64,000 bases of DNA, from IMG/VR virus record IMGVR_UViG_3300029448_007456, positions 32,001 to 96,000 of that record, one strand, 5' to 3'. The notes beneath the pieces are model-generated. The model made no database searches and was not told where the DNA came from. It worked only from the letters and a program-made list of their open reading frames with translations. The position numbers were made by a program, and so were the translations under genes. Positions within the stretch are counted from its first letter, which is position 1. The number at the start of each line of letters is the position of its first letter. This document shows positions 19,898-29,847 of the stretch, piece after piece. The stretch comes from a virus.

Positions 19898-20490
19898 ATG
19901 TCTTCTCTGTGAGCGATAATTTTATCAACTAATCCAAACTCTAATGCTTCTTCAGGAGACATGAATTTATCACGTTCCATAGAATCATTAATAGTTTCGA
20001 TTGTTTGCCCTGTATGGTCAGCATACATTTGGTTGAGTTTTTTCTTGATCTTTGTGATTTCTTCTGCATGGATAAGGATGTCAGTGGCTTGACCTGATGC
20101 TCCTCCTGATGGTTGATGAATCATGATGCGTGAATTTTTCAGTGCATATCGTTTTCCTTTGGTACCTGCCATAGCCAGTAGGGATCCTGCTGAACAAGCT
20201 TGTCCTATGACTAGTGTTGATATGTCACACTTGATAAACTGCATTGTGTCATACATGGCTAGACCTGCTGTGACCAGTCCGCCTGGCGAATTAATATACA
20301 TAAAAATGTCTTTGTCAGGTGCCTGTGATTCCAAAAATAGTAATTGTGCTGACACAATAGAGGACACTTGTTCGTTGATGCCTCCAGTCAAAAATATAAT
20401 TCTTTCTTTTAATAAACGTGAAAATATATCATAGGACCTTTCGCCCTTTGATGTCTGTTCTATAACAACAGGTACTAAACTCATATCCAT
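19894..20490 (-). CDS. clpP: ATP-dependent Clp protease proteolytic subunit
   Basis: [59 protein letters not shown]. Confidence 0.97.
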   Translation of the reverse strand: MDMSLVPVVIEQTSKGERSYDIFSRLLKERIIFLTGGINEQVSSIVSAQLLFLESQAPDKDIFMYINSPGGLVTAGLAMYDTMQFIKCDISTLVIGQACSAGSLLAMAGTKGKRYALKNSRIMIHQPSGGASGQATDILIHAEEITKIKKKLNQMYADHTGQTIETINDSMERDKFMSPEEALEFGLVDKIIAHREDI

Positions 20491-20496
20491 GCTAAT

Positions 20497-20525
20497 ATTA
20501 TACTACTCCTCTACAGTCTCGTCAA
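20497..20525 (-). promoter_or_regulatory. sigma70-type promoter for leaderless clpP
   Basis: TTGACG-N17-TATAAT, then 6 nt to ATG. Confidence 0.7.
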
Positions 20526-20886
20526 CTGGTTGACGTTGTTCCGTTGGTTTTTCACATGCCCAACCTGTTCCATCAAACCACCTACCATCATCACACAGAT
20601 AATAGTAACCCCAAAAACCAGGCTTGTATCTTCCACATTCATCTTTGTATCTTCTATAAAATTTTTTTCTACGCACTTTGCCTTGATAGTGAGATCCATC
20701 TGGTTCAACAACATAGTTGCTTCCGCCAAAAGATTCATACATCCTTGCTACAAATGTGCCATTGATATCAATGTTGGATAGTAGTTTAGGAAATGCTAAT
20801 CGTTTCTTAAGTTCTTGCTTGGCTAGATAATCTTTATATTTTTCAGGATCGGTTACCCTTAAAAATGCGAGTTCTTTATCTTCCAT
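20503..20886 (-). CDS. Hypothetical protein
   Basis: ORF. Confidence 0.5.
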   Translation of the reverse strand: MEDKELAFLRVTDPEKYKDYLAKQELKKRLAFPKLLSNIDINGTFVARMYESFGGSNYVVEPDGSHYQGKVRRKKFYRRYKDECGRYKPGFWGYYYLCDDGRWFDGTGWACEKPTEQRQPVDETVEE

Positions 20887-20912
20887 TATCTAACCAAACT
20901 GTATATTTTCAT

Positions 20913-21098
20913 TTACTTGGACGAAGCAGCTGCCTTCTCTTCAAGTATTTCTTTTCTTCTTGTCTTGATCAACTTGCCAAGTTCTTGTAAAGCCTTTCTG
21001 GCTCTTGTTGCAGATGCTTTAACACCCTTTTCAGCAAACTTAGTATTTTCTGCCATGTAAGCTTCCATTTGATTTTGTATTTCATCCGTTGTTGACAT
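20913..21098 (-). CDS. Small basic Hc1/histone-H1-like protein
   Basis: KF.EKGVKASATRARKAL.EL.K..K..RKEI; AAGGAG RBS fixes the start. Confidence 0.7.
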   Translation of the reverse strand: MSTTDEIQNQMEAYMAENTKFAEKGVKASATRARKALQELGKLIKTRRKEILEEKAAASSK

Positions 21099-21166
21099 AT
21101 TAATATATCTCCTTATTGCATTATTATATGCTCTGTAGACTGTTTCATGCAAGAAAAAGATTATTG

Positions 21167-21844
21167 TTAATTAAAAATTAATCCAGTAAATGACACAGTG
21201 AACTGTGGACAGTAGCCAAAATTGCTTGATGCATGGCCATGCCCCCATGGGATATGATACACTTGTCCTGCTTTCCAATGTGTTAACACAGTCTTTGATA
21301 TTTGAAATGCATGACCATCACTCCACTCATTAACAGACCACCACAGTCTTTTGAGTTGGCCTTGCTCATTTGTTTTAGTGACCGGATCCAAATTGATGTG
21401 TGGAAACTTTTTTGCATATGATCCTGCATCATCTTGATGCCATGCAACACCATGTCCTGGAAATTTTACTAAAAGTCTTATTAATATTGAAGCCGGATCC
21501 ACATTAAGTTTTGCAATGTTCTCCTTACCCAAAAGATCTTTCAGTTGTTCGTTGGTGTCTCCAAGTATGCCATAGTTTAATTCAAAGGTATTGTGTTCAT
21601 TTCTGCCTAACAAATTATTAATATTGGCCCATTGTTTAGCATGTGCAGGATAATGGTCCTTTGGCATTTCCCATTCTTGTTTTGCATTATGGAAATTTTC
21701 TATGGTAAAGTCAATCCATTGTTGAGGATTAATAGATAGTTGTGTAATTGATTTAACTGTTACAGGATCTAGGGAATCAAAATGTTTTTGCATTTCTGCC
21801 CATGGCTTATTGGCAAGCAAATCAACGTATTCATCTTTGTTCAT
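21167..21844 (-). CDS. 2OG-Fe(II)/cupin dioxygenase paralog
   Basis: PGHGVAWHQD...EWSDGH..Q...WKAG...HASSNFG; N-terminal similarity to 6542-7967 paralogs. Confidence 0.7.
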   Translation of the reverse strand: MNKDEYVDLLANKPWAEMQKHFDSLDPVTVKSITQLSINPQQWIDFTIENFHNAKQEWEMPKDHYPAHAKQWANINNLLGRNEHNTFELNYGILGDTNEQLKDLLGKENIAKLNVDPASILIRLLVKFPGHGVAWHQDDAGSYAKKFPHINLDPVTKTNEQGQLKRLWWSVNEWSDGHAFQISKTVLTHWKAGQVYHIPWGHGHASSNFGYCPQFTVSFTGLIFN

Positions 21845-22017
21845 AACAATTTAAATTTCTCATAATCAACTTTTAAAACTTTTTTGCCTGTGTTTTGAAA
21901 ATTTATTGTCACAGTGCCGTTAATACAGGATTGAACCTGTCCTTGACCCCATTCTGGATAGTCTACATGTTCAACAACTGCGCCAGGCACTAGTATTGAT
22001 TCTGATTGTCCAAGCAT
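21841..22017 (-). CDS. DUF3553-like small protein (58 aa, not in track)
   Basis: LVPGAVVEH...PEWGQGQVQS.I...VTINFQNTGKKV. Confidence 0.7.
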   Translation of the reverse strand: MLGQSESILVPGAVVEHVDYPEWGQGQVQSCINGTVTINFQNTGKKVLKVDYEKFKLL

Positions 22018-22532
22018 TATACTTTTAATTTAGCATAAGATTGTTGGACTGCTTGAGTTTGTGCCACAGCATCTGTAAGTGCATTGTGTTTGCCTTCTAT
22101 CTTTACACTGACATCAGCAAGATCAAACAGTGTGCGTGTGTCTCTCACTTCCCAAAACTTCCAAGTGACTGCTTGTTGCAATGATCGACAGACATCTTCT
22201 ATGATCACAACATCAAAAATTGCGCCATGACTCCACACATTAGAAGTGCCAAGGCCAAATGTATATAATTTTTTCATTGCATCTTTAAGATCAATTCGAT
22301 CATCACCTTCACCGAATGCATCTTCTTGTATCTGTTTGTCTTGTTGGCTCCACCAACCAAGTGTGTCTTCATTGATCACTCTGCCATAACTTTCTTGTGT
22401 TTCAAGAATAATTCTTTCATAATAGGTAGACTCTATATCTGTTGCATGTGGATCAAATCTACATGCTCCAATGGTCAATATGGCCGCATTGGGCGATGTT
22501 GCCAGTGTTTCTAAATCAATCATTAAATGCAT
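22017..22532 (-). CDS. DEDDh 3'-5' exonuclease
   Basis: MIDLETL, WSHGAIFD, RDTRT, HNALTDA. Confidence 0.85.
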   Translation of the reverse strand: MHLMIDLETLATSPNAAILTIGACRFDPHATDIESTYYERIILETQESYGRVINEDTLGWWSQQDKQIQEDAFGEGDDRIDLKDAMKKLYTFGLGTSNVWSHGAIFDVVIIEDVCRSLQQAVTWKFWEVRDTRTLFDLADVSVKIEGKHNALTDAVAQTQAVQQSYAKLKV

Positions 22533-22569
22533 AATTTGAGTATATAAGGAAAAAAAGATACTGTCAACA

Positions 22570-22785
22570 CTGCTTGGAGGGCCTTGCTATGAACTCACCC
22601 CCAACGTCCGGCTAGCAGATCACATCATCTCTATGAAGTTTAAATGTGAGCCTACTTCCAACCATCCCCTTGCAAACTTAGCCATTGGGCCATCTAAAAC
22701 AAGGTCATGTGCGTTATCCCCCTGCCGAAGGATTATTCCGCCACAAGCTCTAAAAAGTTGCAACTAATTAGAATGCGTTGTTCAG
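22570..22785 (-). ncRNA. Orphan structured RNA of about 210 nt
   Basis: GC-rich non-coding island between its own TTGACG promoter (22793-22820) and the next gene's promoter (22539-22567); several hairpins. Confidence 0.6.
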
Positions 22786-22892
22786 TAATAGTATAATAGC
22801 ACTTTTATTAAATGCGTCAACCATATAAAAAATCATTGTTTTTTGCAGTTTTTTTGCCTGGAAAATCTTAATCCATAAATATTTGACTTATC

Positions 22893-24809
22893 ATGCTTAA
22901 TTTAGTGTTAGCACAACCTGGTTTCAGTTGGGGACCATCTCATCTGAATGCTCATTATCTTCCTTATTCAGTTGGTTGTTTGTGGGCGAAATGTCTAGAC
23001 AATCAAACAATTGTTGAAAATGTTGAACTTTTAGACATGATTGCTGTGCGTGAAGATATTCAACACTTTGTTGACAAATATGATAAAATTGATGTTATTG
23101 GTTTTTCTTGCTATGTTTGGAATTACAATTATGTCAATGCTTTAGCCAAAGCAATCAAACGCAAGTTTCCTGAGTGTGTTGTGGTTTTCGGAGGCCCAGA
23201 ACCAGAACACAGTGATCAAGACATATTTGTCAATAAACCTTGGCTTGACTGTGTGGTGGTGCAGGAAGGCGAAGTTAGTTTTGAAAGAATTCTTGAATGC
23301 TTGATTACTAAAAAAAGTTTGGAAACAATTCCTGGATTGGTAATCAACAAACGGGGTCAAAGACTGGTTACACCCATATCACAAAGAATAACTGATCTTG
23401 AGTCCTTGCCTTCACCCTACATCAAGGGCGTGTTTGATCATTTGTTTCACAAACACCCTGATATCACTTGGACAGCCATAATGGAAACCAACAGAGGTTG
23501 TCCTTACAAATGCACATACTGTGATTGGGGTAGCCTCACATTAAGCAAGATCAAAAAGTTTTTGCTGGACAAAGTGGAACAAGAAATCAAATGGATGAGT
23601 GATAAAAAAATAGACTTTGTTAACATAGCAGATGCCAACTATGGCATTTTCAAAGAAAGAGATTTAGCCATCACACGACTATTTGGCAAATATAGATCAA
23701 TCACTGGATGGCCAAAAGCAGTCACAACCAATTGGACAAAAAATGCCAAGAAGCATGTGTTGGACATTGCTCAAGAATTCAAGGATCAAGGCATTGCAAA
23801 CAGTGTGACAGTCAGTTTACAGAGTCTACACGATGATGTGTTGGATGCTGTTGAAAGGAAAAATTTTGAACTCAACAATATCGAAGAAATGTCCATGGCT
23901 TGTTTTGAAAAACAATTACCAGTGGCTGTTGATTTAATTTTGGGATTGCCTATGGAAACAAAAAAATCTTGGAGGCAGACATACTACAAGTTATTTGATC
24001 TAGACATTCATCAAGATTTTTACACACATCAAGCCATGCTGTTGGAAAATGCACACATGAATCAAAATCAATTGCATCAGTATGGTATGGAAAAATTTAC
24101 AAGGCCCATCAAGTTTACTGAAGACAATATGCAACACACTGAATACGCAACCTTTGTCAAAAGCACAAACACAATGACGTATGATGATATGATTGACTGT
24201 GCAATGCACACCAATTGGATTTATGCTCTGCATCACACTGGCCTAAGTTCTGAGCAGAGCAAATTTTTGCACAAACACAGCGGGATACCTTATGCAACTT
24301 TTTACAATGGTCTGATTGAATTTTTGTTGCAACATGATTTTATGCACAATTGTTATCAGCAAAGCGTTGAGCAAATCAAGATGTCCTACAGTGATATAAA
24401 CCAACCCACTTTGGAACAAATTGACCTTAGCCTAAGTGGTGAGTTTAATATACTTGAATGGAATATTATTAATAAAAAGATTGAAACTGATATACAAAAT
24501 TGCATCAAAGAGTTCATTGACACACGATTTACAATTGACAAGGATCTAGTTGATCAGTTGGACGTATATGCACAACTCAGTTACTTGACATTTGAAAATC
24601 ATACGAAGTTTGATCAACTGTCACATGAATTTGATTATAATTTTTATGAGGTCAACAATTTAAATGCTGACATGGCAAAAGGCAAACATACATATGTTTT
24701 TAAGAAAAAGTTATCACAGACTTTTGAAAACACTGTGGACTATGCAAATTACATGATTGTGCGAAAACGTAACATTCCTTCAAAGAACATCATCACACAA
24801 CAAGATTAG
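22893..24809 (+). CDS. B12-binding radical SAM enzyme
   Basis: LPYSVGCLW, IGFSCYVWN, VFGGP, EGE; ETNRGCPYKCTYCDWG; DANYG. Confidence 0.88.
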   Translation: MLNLVLAQPGFSWGPSHLNAHYLPYSVGCLWAKCLDNQTIVENVELLDMIAVREDIQHFVDKYDKIDVIGFSCYVWNYNYVNALAKAIKRKFPECVVVFGGPEPEHSDQDIFVNKPWLDCVVVQEGEVSFERILECLITKKSLETIPGLVINKRGQRLVTPISQRITDLESLPSPYIKGVFDHLFHKHPDITWTAIMETNRGCPYKCTYCDWGSLTLSKIKKFLLDKVEQEIKWMSDKKIDFVNIADANYGIFKERDLAITRLFGKYRSITGWPKAVTTNWTKNAKKHVLDIAQEFKDQGIANSVTVSLQSLHDDVLDAVERKNFELNNIEEMSMACFEKQLPVAVDLILGLPMETKKSWRQTYYKLFDLDIHQDFYTHQAMLLENAHMNQNQLHQYGMEKFTRPIKFTEDNMQHTEYATFVKSTNTMTYDDMIDCAMHTNWIYALHHTGLSSEQSKFLHKHSGIPYATFYNGLIEFLLQHDFMHNCYQQSVEQIKMSYSDINQPTLEQIDLSLSGEFNILEWNIINKKIETDIQNCIKEFIDTRFTIDKDLVDQLDVYAQLSYLTFENHTKFDQLSHEFDYNFYEVNNLNADMAKGKHTYVFKKKLSQTFENTVDYANYMIVRKRNIPSKNIITQQD

Positions 24810-25045
24810 GATTTTTTGGTATTAGATGTCCAAATTTTGTGCAACACATAGAACCAAACTGAATTAATGGCTGGTTCGACAATGGCCACAGTACCAGCTT
24901 CCCATAAACTTGCTCCAGTCATAATACTAACCACTATCATTGCAATGATAATGTGCCCAATAAAAAATATTACTGCAAGAGATATGCTTGATGTGCCTGC
25001 TACATTTTTAAATGTATTCCATATGCCATTTGTTAATTCTGTCAT
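24806..25045 (-). CDS. DUF2061-like small membrane protein
   Basis: AI.EPAIN..WFY.LHKIW pattern. Confidence 0.55.
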   Translation of the reverse strand: MTELTNGIWNTFKNVAGTSSISLAVIFFIGHIIIAMIVVSIMTGASLWEAGTVAIVEPAINSVWFYVLHKIWTSNTKKS

Positions 25046-25097
25046 TTACTCTTCCCAAAAAGTTAGCTTGGTCTAATTTTAAGATATTTATAAATGG

Positions 25098-26465
25098 CTA
25101 ATTGCCCTGGGTGGTAGAAAGAGTGCAACCTGCTTGTGTGCCACAGGTCATGTCAATGCTGTAATCTTGATCAGTGGATCCTTGCTGTGACAGATCAAAA
25201 TCAGTGGAATAGCCATCTAGATCAACACGAGCCGCATGGTTACCAGTGCCAGTTTGACTGATATCCACATCATGTGCATAACTGCCTGTACCAAGTGTTA
25301 GATCTAAATAGTGTTCACCTGTGCCTGACTGATTGATATCAACAGTGTTGTTGCCATTGTCTATGTCCACAAACAAAAACTTATCCCCATCGTTTAACTG
25401 TTGCATGGTGATCACATTAGAAGAAGAATCTAAATCCACACTCATGAAGTGCTCTGAAGATGTTGTACCATCATTGCGTTGTTGTAAAGTCAATGTGTTG
25501 GTTGATCCATCAATATCAATCAGCATTCTGTGATCTCCTACATCAGTGGCATAGTCACCTTGGGATAGATTCAGTGTGTTGGTATTGCCTGTGATGTCTA
25601 GTCCTATGCCGTTCCTACCACTGCTTCCAGATGTAGTCACATTGCCTTGATCAATATTGAGTGTGTTGTCGTTGCCTGTGATTTGTGAATCACTGGACCA
25701 ATCACTGCCAACAACAAAATTATCATTGCCTGCTTGTTCAATATTAATTGTGTTGTTGTTGCCTTGCACATTCATTTTAATCCCGCTGTCTGATGTGCCT
25801 TTGGCTGTGTTCACTGCTGTGGTTTGTGAAGATGTGATTGTAACATTAACTGTGTTTTGGTCAGTGGTTGCAAAACCAGAGTTAGGCATATCTAACCAAC
25901 CACTTGTAGAGTTTAAACTTAAATTAGATAAACTATAATGTATATCCATATTAGCAGAACCACCCCATTCATACCAGTTAATTTGTATTGGGTACCATTG
26001 ACCACCAACACCAGAAAATGAACCACTAGAGTTCCAATATGTTGGTCCTTGTTGAGCCCAGTCAGATATTACTTTAGTATTATTGATGTTTACAATAAGT
26101 CCATCATCATTACGACCAGCAAAATAAACTGTTGATGTTTGACCTGTGGTTCCTGGATGTTGCCAATAACCGGTGATAACTACCATTCTCTGATTAGCAC
26201 CATAATTATTATTATGAAGAACTATATTTCCACTATTCCAGTTGTAATTTAAACTGTCAGTAGTACCAGTTCCTTGTGATAGACCTACATAACTTGGACT
26301 AGAATTATTACAGGTAGAGAGATATGTATAGTTGTTAAAACAAGGTGACTCTACATAAGGTGCATAATGACTAATTGCAAATACTTCATAATTTAAACTT
26401 CCTGCATATGCACTTGAACAAAGCAAAAACAAGATGCTACTGATTTTGAAGAATGCTAATTTCAT
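25098..26465 (-). CDS. Secreted PA14-domain plus curlin-repeat protein
   Basis: Signal peptide; PA14 motifs NDDG.I.I...VI.DW and YPI.I.WYEWGG.A; C-terminal N.(I/L).I.Q.G repeats. Confidence 0.7.
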   Translation of the reverse strand: MKLAFFKISSILFLLCSSAYAGSLNYEVFAISHYAPYVESPCFNNYTYLSTCNNSSPSYVGLSQGTGTTDSLNYNWNSGNIVLHNNNYGANQRMVVITGYWQHPGTTGQTSTVYFAGRNDDGLIVNINNTKVISDWAQQGPTYWNSSGSFSGVGGQWYPIQINWYEWGGSANMDIHYSLSNLSLNSTSGWLDMPNSGFATTDQNTVNVTITSSQTTAVNTAKGTSDSGIKMNVQGNNNTINIEQAGNDNFVVGSDWSSDSQITGNDNTLNIDQGNVTTSGSSGRNGIGLDITGNTNTLNLSQGDYATDVGDHRMLIDIDGSTNTLTLQQRNDGTTSSEHFMSVDLDSSSNVITMQQLNDGDKFLFVDIDNGNNTVDINQSGTGEHYLDLTLGTGSYAHDVDISQTGTGNHAARVDLDGYSTDFDLSQQGSTDQDYSIDMTCGTQAGCTLSTTQGN

Positions 26466-27534
26466 TTTCCTGTCCGTTAATGGTGTAATCTATTATTTCG
26501 TAATCTTGTTGTTGCACATTTAATATATAAGTGTTTTCTTTGTCCAGCCTTAATTCAATAAAGTTGCCTGCCGCATCTTCTCTGCTCCACACAAAATGTG
26601 GATCTTCGTCTAGCAGTATAATTCCTGTTGTTGGATCTTTTCCAAACCGCTGTCCTTCGACTTTTTTGTCAAATTCACTTCTCATCTGTTTGGCCAGTTC
26701 TTCGTTGATTTGTTTTAGAATATCCACAAGAAAGTTTTGTTCTAAAAAATCAATATCCAATCCCGTTGCCCAATTTTCAATTTCTTCTTCTAAAGCATCG
26801 ACATTAAGATCATCAAATTCCAAAAAGTCAATGTCAAGTGCATTGGCCACAGCATTATAGGATGAATTGTCCTGTTGTTCTTGGATTTCTTTTGGCTTGC
26901 TAATAATTAACAAATTGTTGATCATATCTTCTTCTAAACTAAGAATCACTGGCCGCATGGGCACACTTGCAACAGTATCAACAACTGTAGCCTGGAATGC
27001 CTGGTTCATTATGACTTGACCAGCATCTGATTCAACTGATATTTCCCCCACATAACATTTTCCATCTGTGTTGCAACTTGGCAATAATATAATTGTGCTA
27101 CTTCCTATTTCGTCCACTGTCATGGCAAAATCAGTGCCTCTAACTCCTATGGTTGCTGTTGGAGTTTGTATCAATACATTCTGTTTGGAGTTTTTGGCAA
27201 TTTGTCCTGATGCATAACGCACAGTGCCAAGACCTGCTTTAAGCGACAACTTGCCTGTGCCACTGGCAGGATCATACACAAATTCATCAATAACAAGTTT
27301 TGAATGTTGGGTGATATCTACTCTGGTTTCATCAACAAATTCAATGGCAGTCTTGCCTTTGCCAGTTCGGACTGTGTCGTATGAAAACACATCAAGGTCA
27401 ATTTCAGTGACTGCTTCTTCGCCATCAGTACGCTCCACAGCACCAGTGCCTTCGTGCAGTATGACATTCCCTATACTGGCCCATGAGTTTACTGTCAGCA
27501 CAAAACTGCACAGCAAATAAAAAAGAAAGTTCAT
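26437..27534 (-). CDS. FecR-domain protein
   Basis: D.VRTG, I.F.D.T.V....S.L.IDEFVYDP, TPTATIGVRGTDF. Confidence 0.85.
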   Translation of the reverse strand: MNFLFYLLCSFVLTVNSWASIGNVILHEGTGAVERTDGEEAVTEIDLDVFSYDTVRTGKGKTAIEFVDETRVDITQHSKLVIDEFVYDPASGTGKLSLKAGLGTVRYASGQIAKNSKQNVLIQTPTATIGVRGTDFAMTVDEIGSSTIILLPSCNTDGKCYVGEISVESDAGQVIMNQAFQATVVDTVASVPMRPVILSLEEDMINNLLIISKPKEIQEQQDNSSYNAVANALDIDFLEFDDLNVDALEEEIENWATGLDIDFLEQNFLVDILKQINEELAKQMRSEFDKKVEGQRFGKDPTTGIILLDEDPHFVWSREDAAGNFIELRLDKENTYILNVQQQDYEIIDYTINGQENEISILQNQ

Positions 27535-28217
27535 TAGTCTGTTTGACTAATGTCTATATCCGCGTTATCACCTGATGTTGTTAGTGTAATCATTTGATCG
27601 TTGATGCCACTCTGTACAATGTCCACATCTGCGATGCCACCTGTATGTGTGTGTATTAAAGTGTGTCCATTTACATCACCGTTGCCATCAATGTCAACCA
27701 ACCAGTTGTTAGTGTCACCGTCAACTGTGATTGTTAATATAGCACTGGTACCGTCGATGGTTGCCGCAATAACGTTTGAGTCATCATCACCTGCAGATGT
27801 AATTGTTGCAGTTGTGTTTGATGCATCTGATGTTTCGCCAATATCTAAATCAATATCATTGCTGTTTCCTACCATGGTCACATTAGCTGTTACAGTGCCA
27901 CAAGAACTGTTATTTCCTGTGCTGTCACACATGATATCAATATCATTGCTGTTTCCTGTAACATTAAATGTACCAGTATACGAAGCACCATTGATATCAA
28001 ACTTTAATATGTTAGAGTTACCAACTTGATCAATATCAATTGTTGTGGTAGCTCCAGTGACAGTTGATGCAGTAGTCGAGTTACCCACTTGGTTGTTTTG
28101 ACCATCTTGTGTGATGTCCAAATCCAAAGTAGCACCTGATTGTGTCACATAGATATCATTGGCGTTTGCAGATGTTACAAACAAAAACGATAGTATTAAT
28201 GTTATTAGTTTTGTCAT
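27534..28217 (-). CDS. Curlin-repeat (CsgA/CsgB-like) secreted protein
   Basis: Signal peptide; repeated I.Q.G..N / G.SN.I.I units; in the csgG operon. Confidence 0.65.
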   Translation of the reverse strand: MTKLITLILSFLFVTSANANDIYVTQSGATLDLDITQDGQNNQVGNSTTASTVTGATTTIDIDQVGNSNILKFDINGASYTGTFNVTGNSNDIDIMCDSTGNNSSCGTVTANVTMVGNSNDIDLDIGETSDASNTTATITSAGDDDSNVIAATIDGTSAILTITVDGDTNNWLVDIDGNGDVNGHTLIHTHTGGIADVDIVQSGINDQMITLTTSGDNADIDISQTD

Positions 28218-28232
28218 TTATTTGTGTATCCC

Positions 28233-29030
28233 CTAAAAATATTTAATTTTCCATAACCCTTCTTTATCACCCAGTTTTAATAATTCCAGCACACAATATT
28301 CAATTGCACTGCGTACCGCATAATTTACTGGTTCATTTGTAGCAACACCGGTCTCAACTTCAAATGCTTTTGTGCTCATGTCTAAAAACCTAAACACATC
28401 AGCCGACGTCTTATGGCTTGCAATTGTTTTTGTTGCTTCTGCTGTTAGTAAAACTTCTCCAGTTTGCACAGCAACTAATCTCATGCTGACTGTGACTTGA
28501 TCTATTCTGTATTCTTCTGACAGGCCGATGCCGAAATATCTAGCACCATCACCACCAGAAGCCACATTTGCATCATATCCAATGATGCCTCCTTCAACAA
28601 GTAGTCCTGCAAACACAAGCGGTTTTAAAACATTTCCTACTTCTTGACTTCCATCATACAGTTCTCTAGTTGATCTTATCAACTGTCTTTCTTTGACCAA
28701 ACTGTCTAAACCTTTTCGTTCAACCACTCTGAACCATGTGCCTTCGCCCACTGCCTTGAGTGCTGAAATCACCCAGACATCTGCACCTTGTGAAACTGCC
28801 ATAGACAGTTGACTAAACTTTGTGCTTGGCTTACGCTGTCCTGTAAGATCAGGAAACTTATATACAGCAATGGTTATCACTGGTTGTTCAACAAGTGGAG
28901 GCAATGATTGTAAAATTTGCATTGTGGGTGTGCCTTCGATGAAAGGATCATCACCACTTTTAACTGTGTTCTGTGTGGTAGCACAAGATGTCAATATCAA
29001 AAGCATGCCTATTATAATAAAATTTTTCAT
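28233..29030 (-). CDS. csgG: Curli secretion channel
   Basis: Lipobox LTSC; AVYKFPDLTGQRKP, AVSQG, WFRVVER.GL..L.KERQLIR. Confidence 0.93.
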   Translation of the reverse strand: MKNFIIIGMLLILTSCATTQNTVKSGDDPFIEGTPTMQILQSLPPLVEQPVITIAVYKFPDLTGQRKPSTKFSQLSMAVSQGADVWVISALKAVGEGTWFRVVERKGLDSLVKERQLIRSTRELYDGSQEVGNVLKPLVFAGLLVEGGIIGYDANVASGGDGARYFGIGLSEEYRIDQVTVSMRLVAVQTGEVLLTAEATKTIASHKTSADVFRFLDMSTKAFEVETGVATNEPVNYAVRSAIEYCVLELLKLGDKEGLWKIKYF

Positions 29031-29031
29031 G

Positions 29032-29490
29032 TTAAAAATTAAAGTCTCCTAGTGGAACAGACATTGTGGTTACATTGTTGTTGGGGTCTGTAATTGTTAG
29101 TGTTATTATTTCGGTTGATGTGTCCTTGACCCAATAAATTGTTGATCCTTCAACGTTTGCTGTGCCTGAAGTCGGACATGTGCCTGTGCATGATGTTCCA
29201 AACATGTTGTCCACCAATTGTTTGGACAGGTTTGCATATATTCTTGATTCAACATTCTTAATAAATTTGTTTATGGTTGTGTTGTTTGCTAATCTTTCAG
29301 CCGCAGCTGCCGCAGATTTTCTTTCATCTTTGAGATCATTCTTTCTGCTATACTGCAATTGTTCAATTGATAACACATGAGAAGAATATCCCTGCTTGCT
29401 GAAAGAAGGATTTCCAAATTCATGATGCAACTGATCAGCATGTGCAGAAGTCATAATAATAGCCAGTGTAATAACCAAGGTTTTTAACAT
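29032..29490 (-). CDS. csgF: Curli assembly factor
   Basis: Signal peptide, then LHHEF.NPSF; ESRIYANLSKQL; start after TAAATA. Confidence 0.8.
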   Translation of the reverse strand: MLKTLVITLAIIMTSAHADQLHHEFGNPSFSKQGYSSHVLSIEQLQYSRKNDLKDERKSAAAAAERLANNTTINKFIKNVESRIYANLSKQLVDNMFGTSCTGTCPTSGTANVEGSTIYWVKDTSTEIITLTITDPNNNVTTMSVPLGDFNF

Positions 29491-29568
29491 GCTTGTATTT
29501 AATGGTTTTTGAACCCAAATGATGTGCAGACACTTATGAACAGTTGTGCAAAAGTTAAATACACACAT

Positions 29569-29847
29569 ATGGAGTTTTTAAAAATAGTAGGCGAAGTTGG
29601 ATTTCCCATAGCAGGAGCCATCGCCGCAGGATATTTTGTGTTTCTCACAATCAAGTTCATACTGGCAGGAGTTACTGGCGGTGTAAATGGACTTAAAAAT
29701 ATCATCACAGCACTAGACAATCGAGTGCAAACCATGAACAACGACTTAGTGCAGATTGATGCTAAAATGAGTCATGTGTTAGGAGTAAAACCAAACGTAG
29801 AAAGAATAGCTGCCAATGAAGGCAAGGAGGATGCAAGACGTGATTAA
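29569..29847 (+). CDS. Small membrane protein (paralog of 30174-30449)
   Basis: GFPIA.A...GYFVF TM helix plus LDNRV..M.NDL coiled coil. Confidence 0.6.
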   Translation: MEFLKIVGEVGFPIAGAIAAGYFVFLTIKFILAGVTGGVNGLKNIITALDNRVQTMNNDLVQIDAKMSHVLGVKPNVERIAANEGKEDARRD

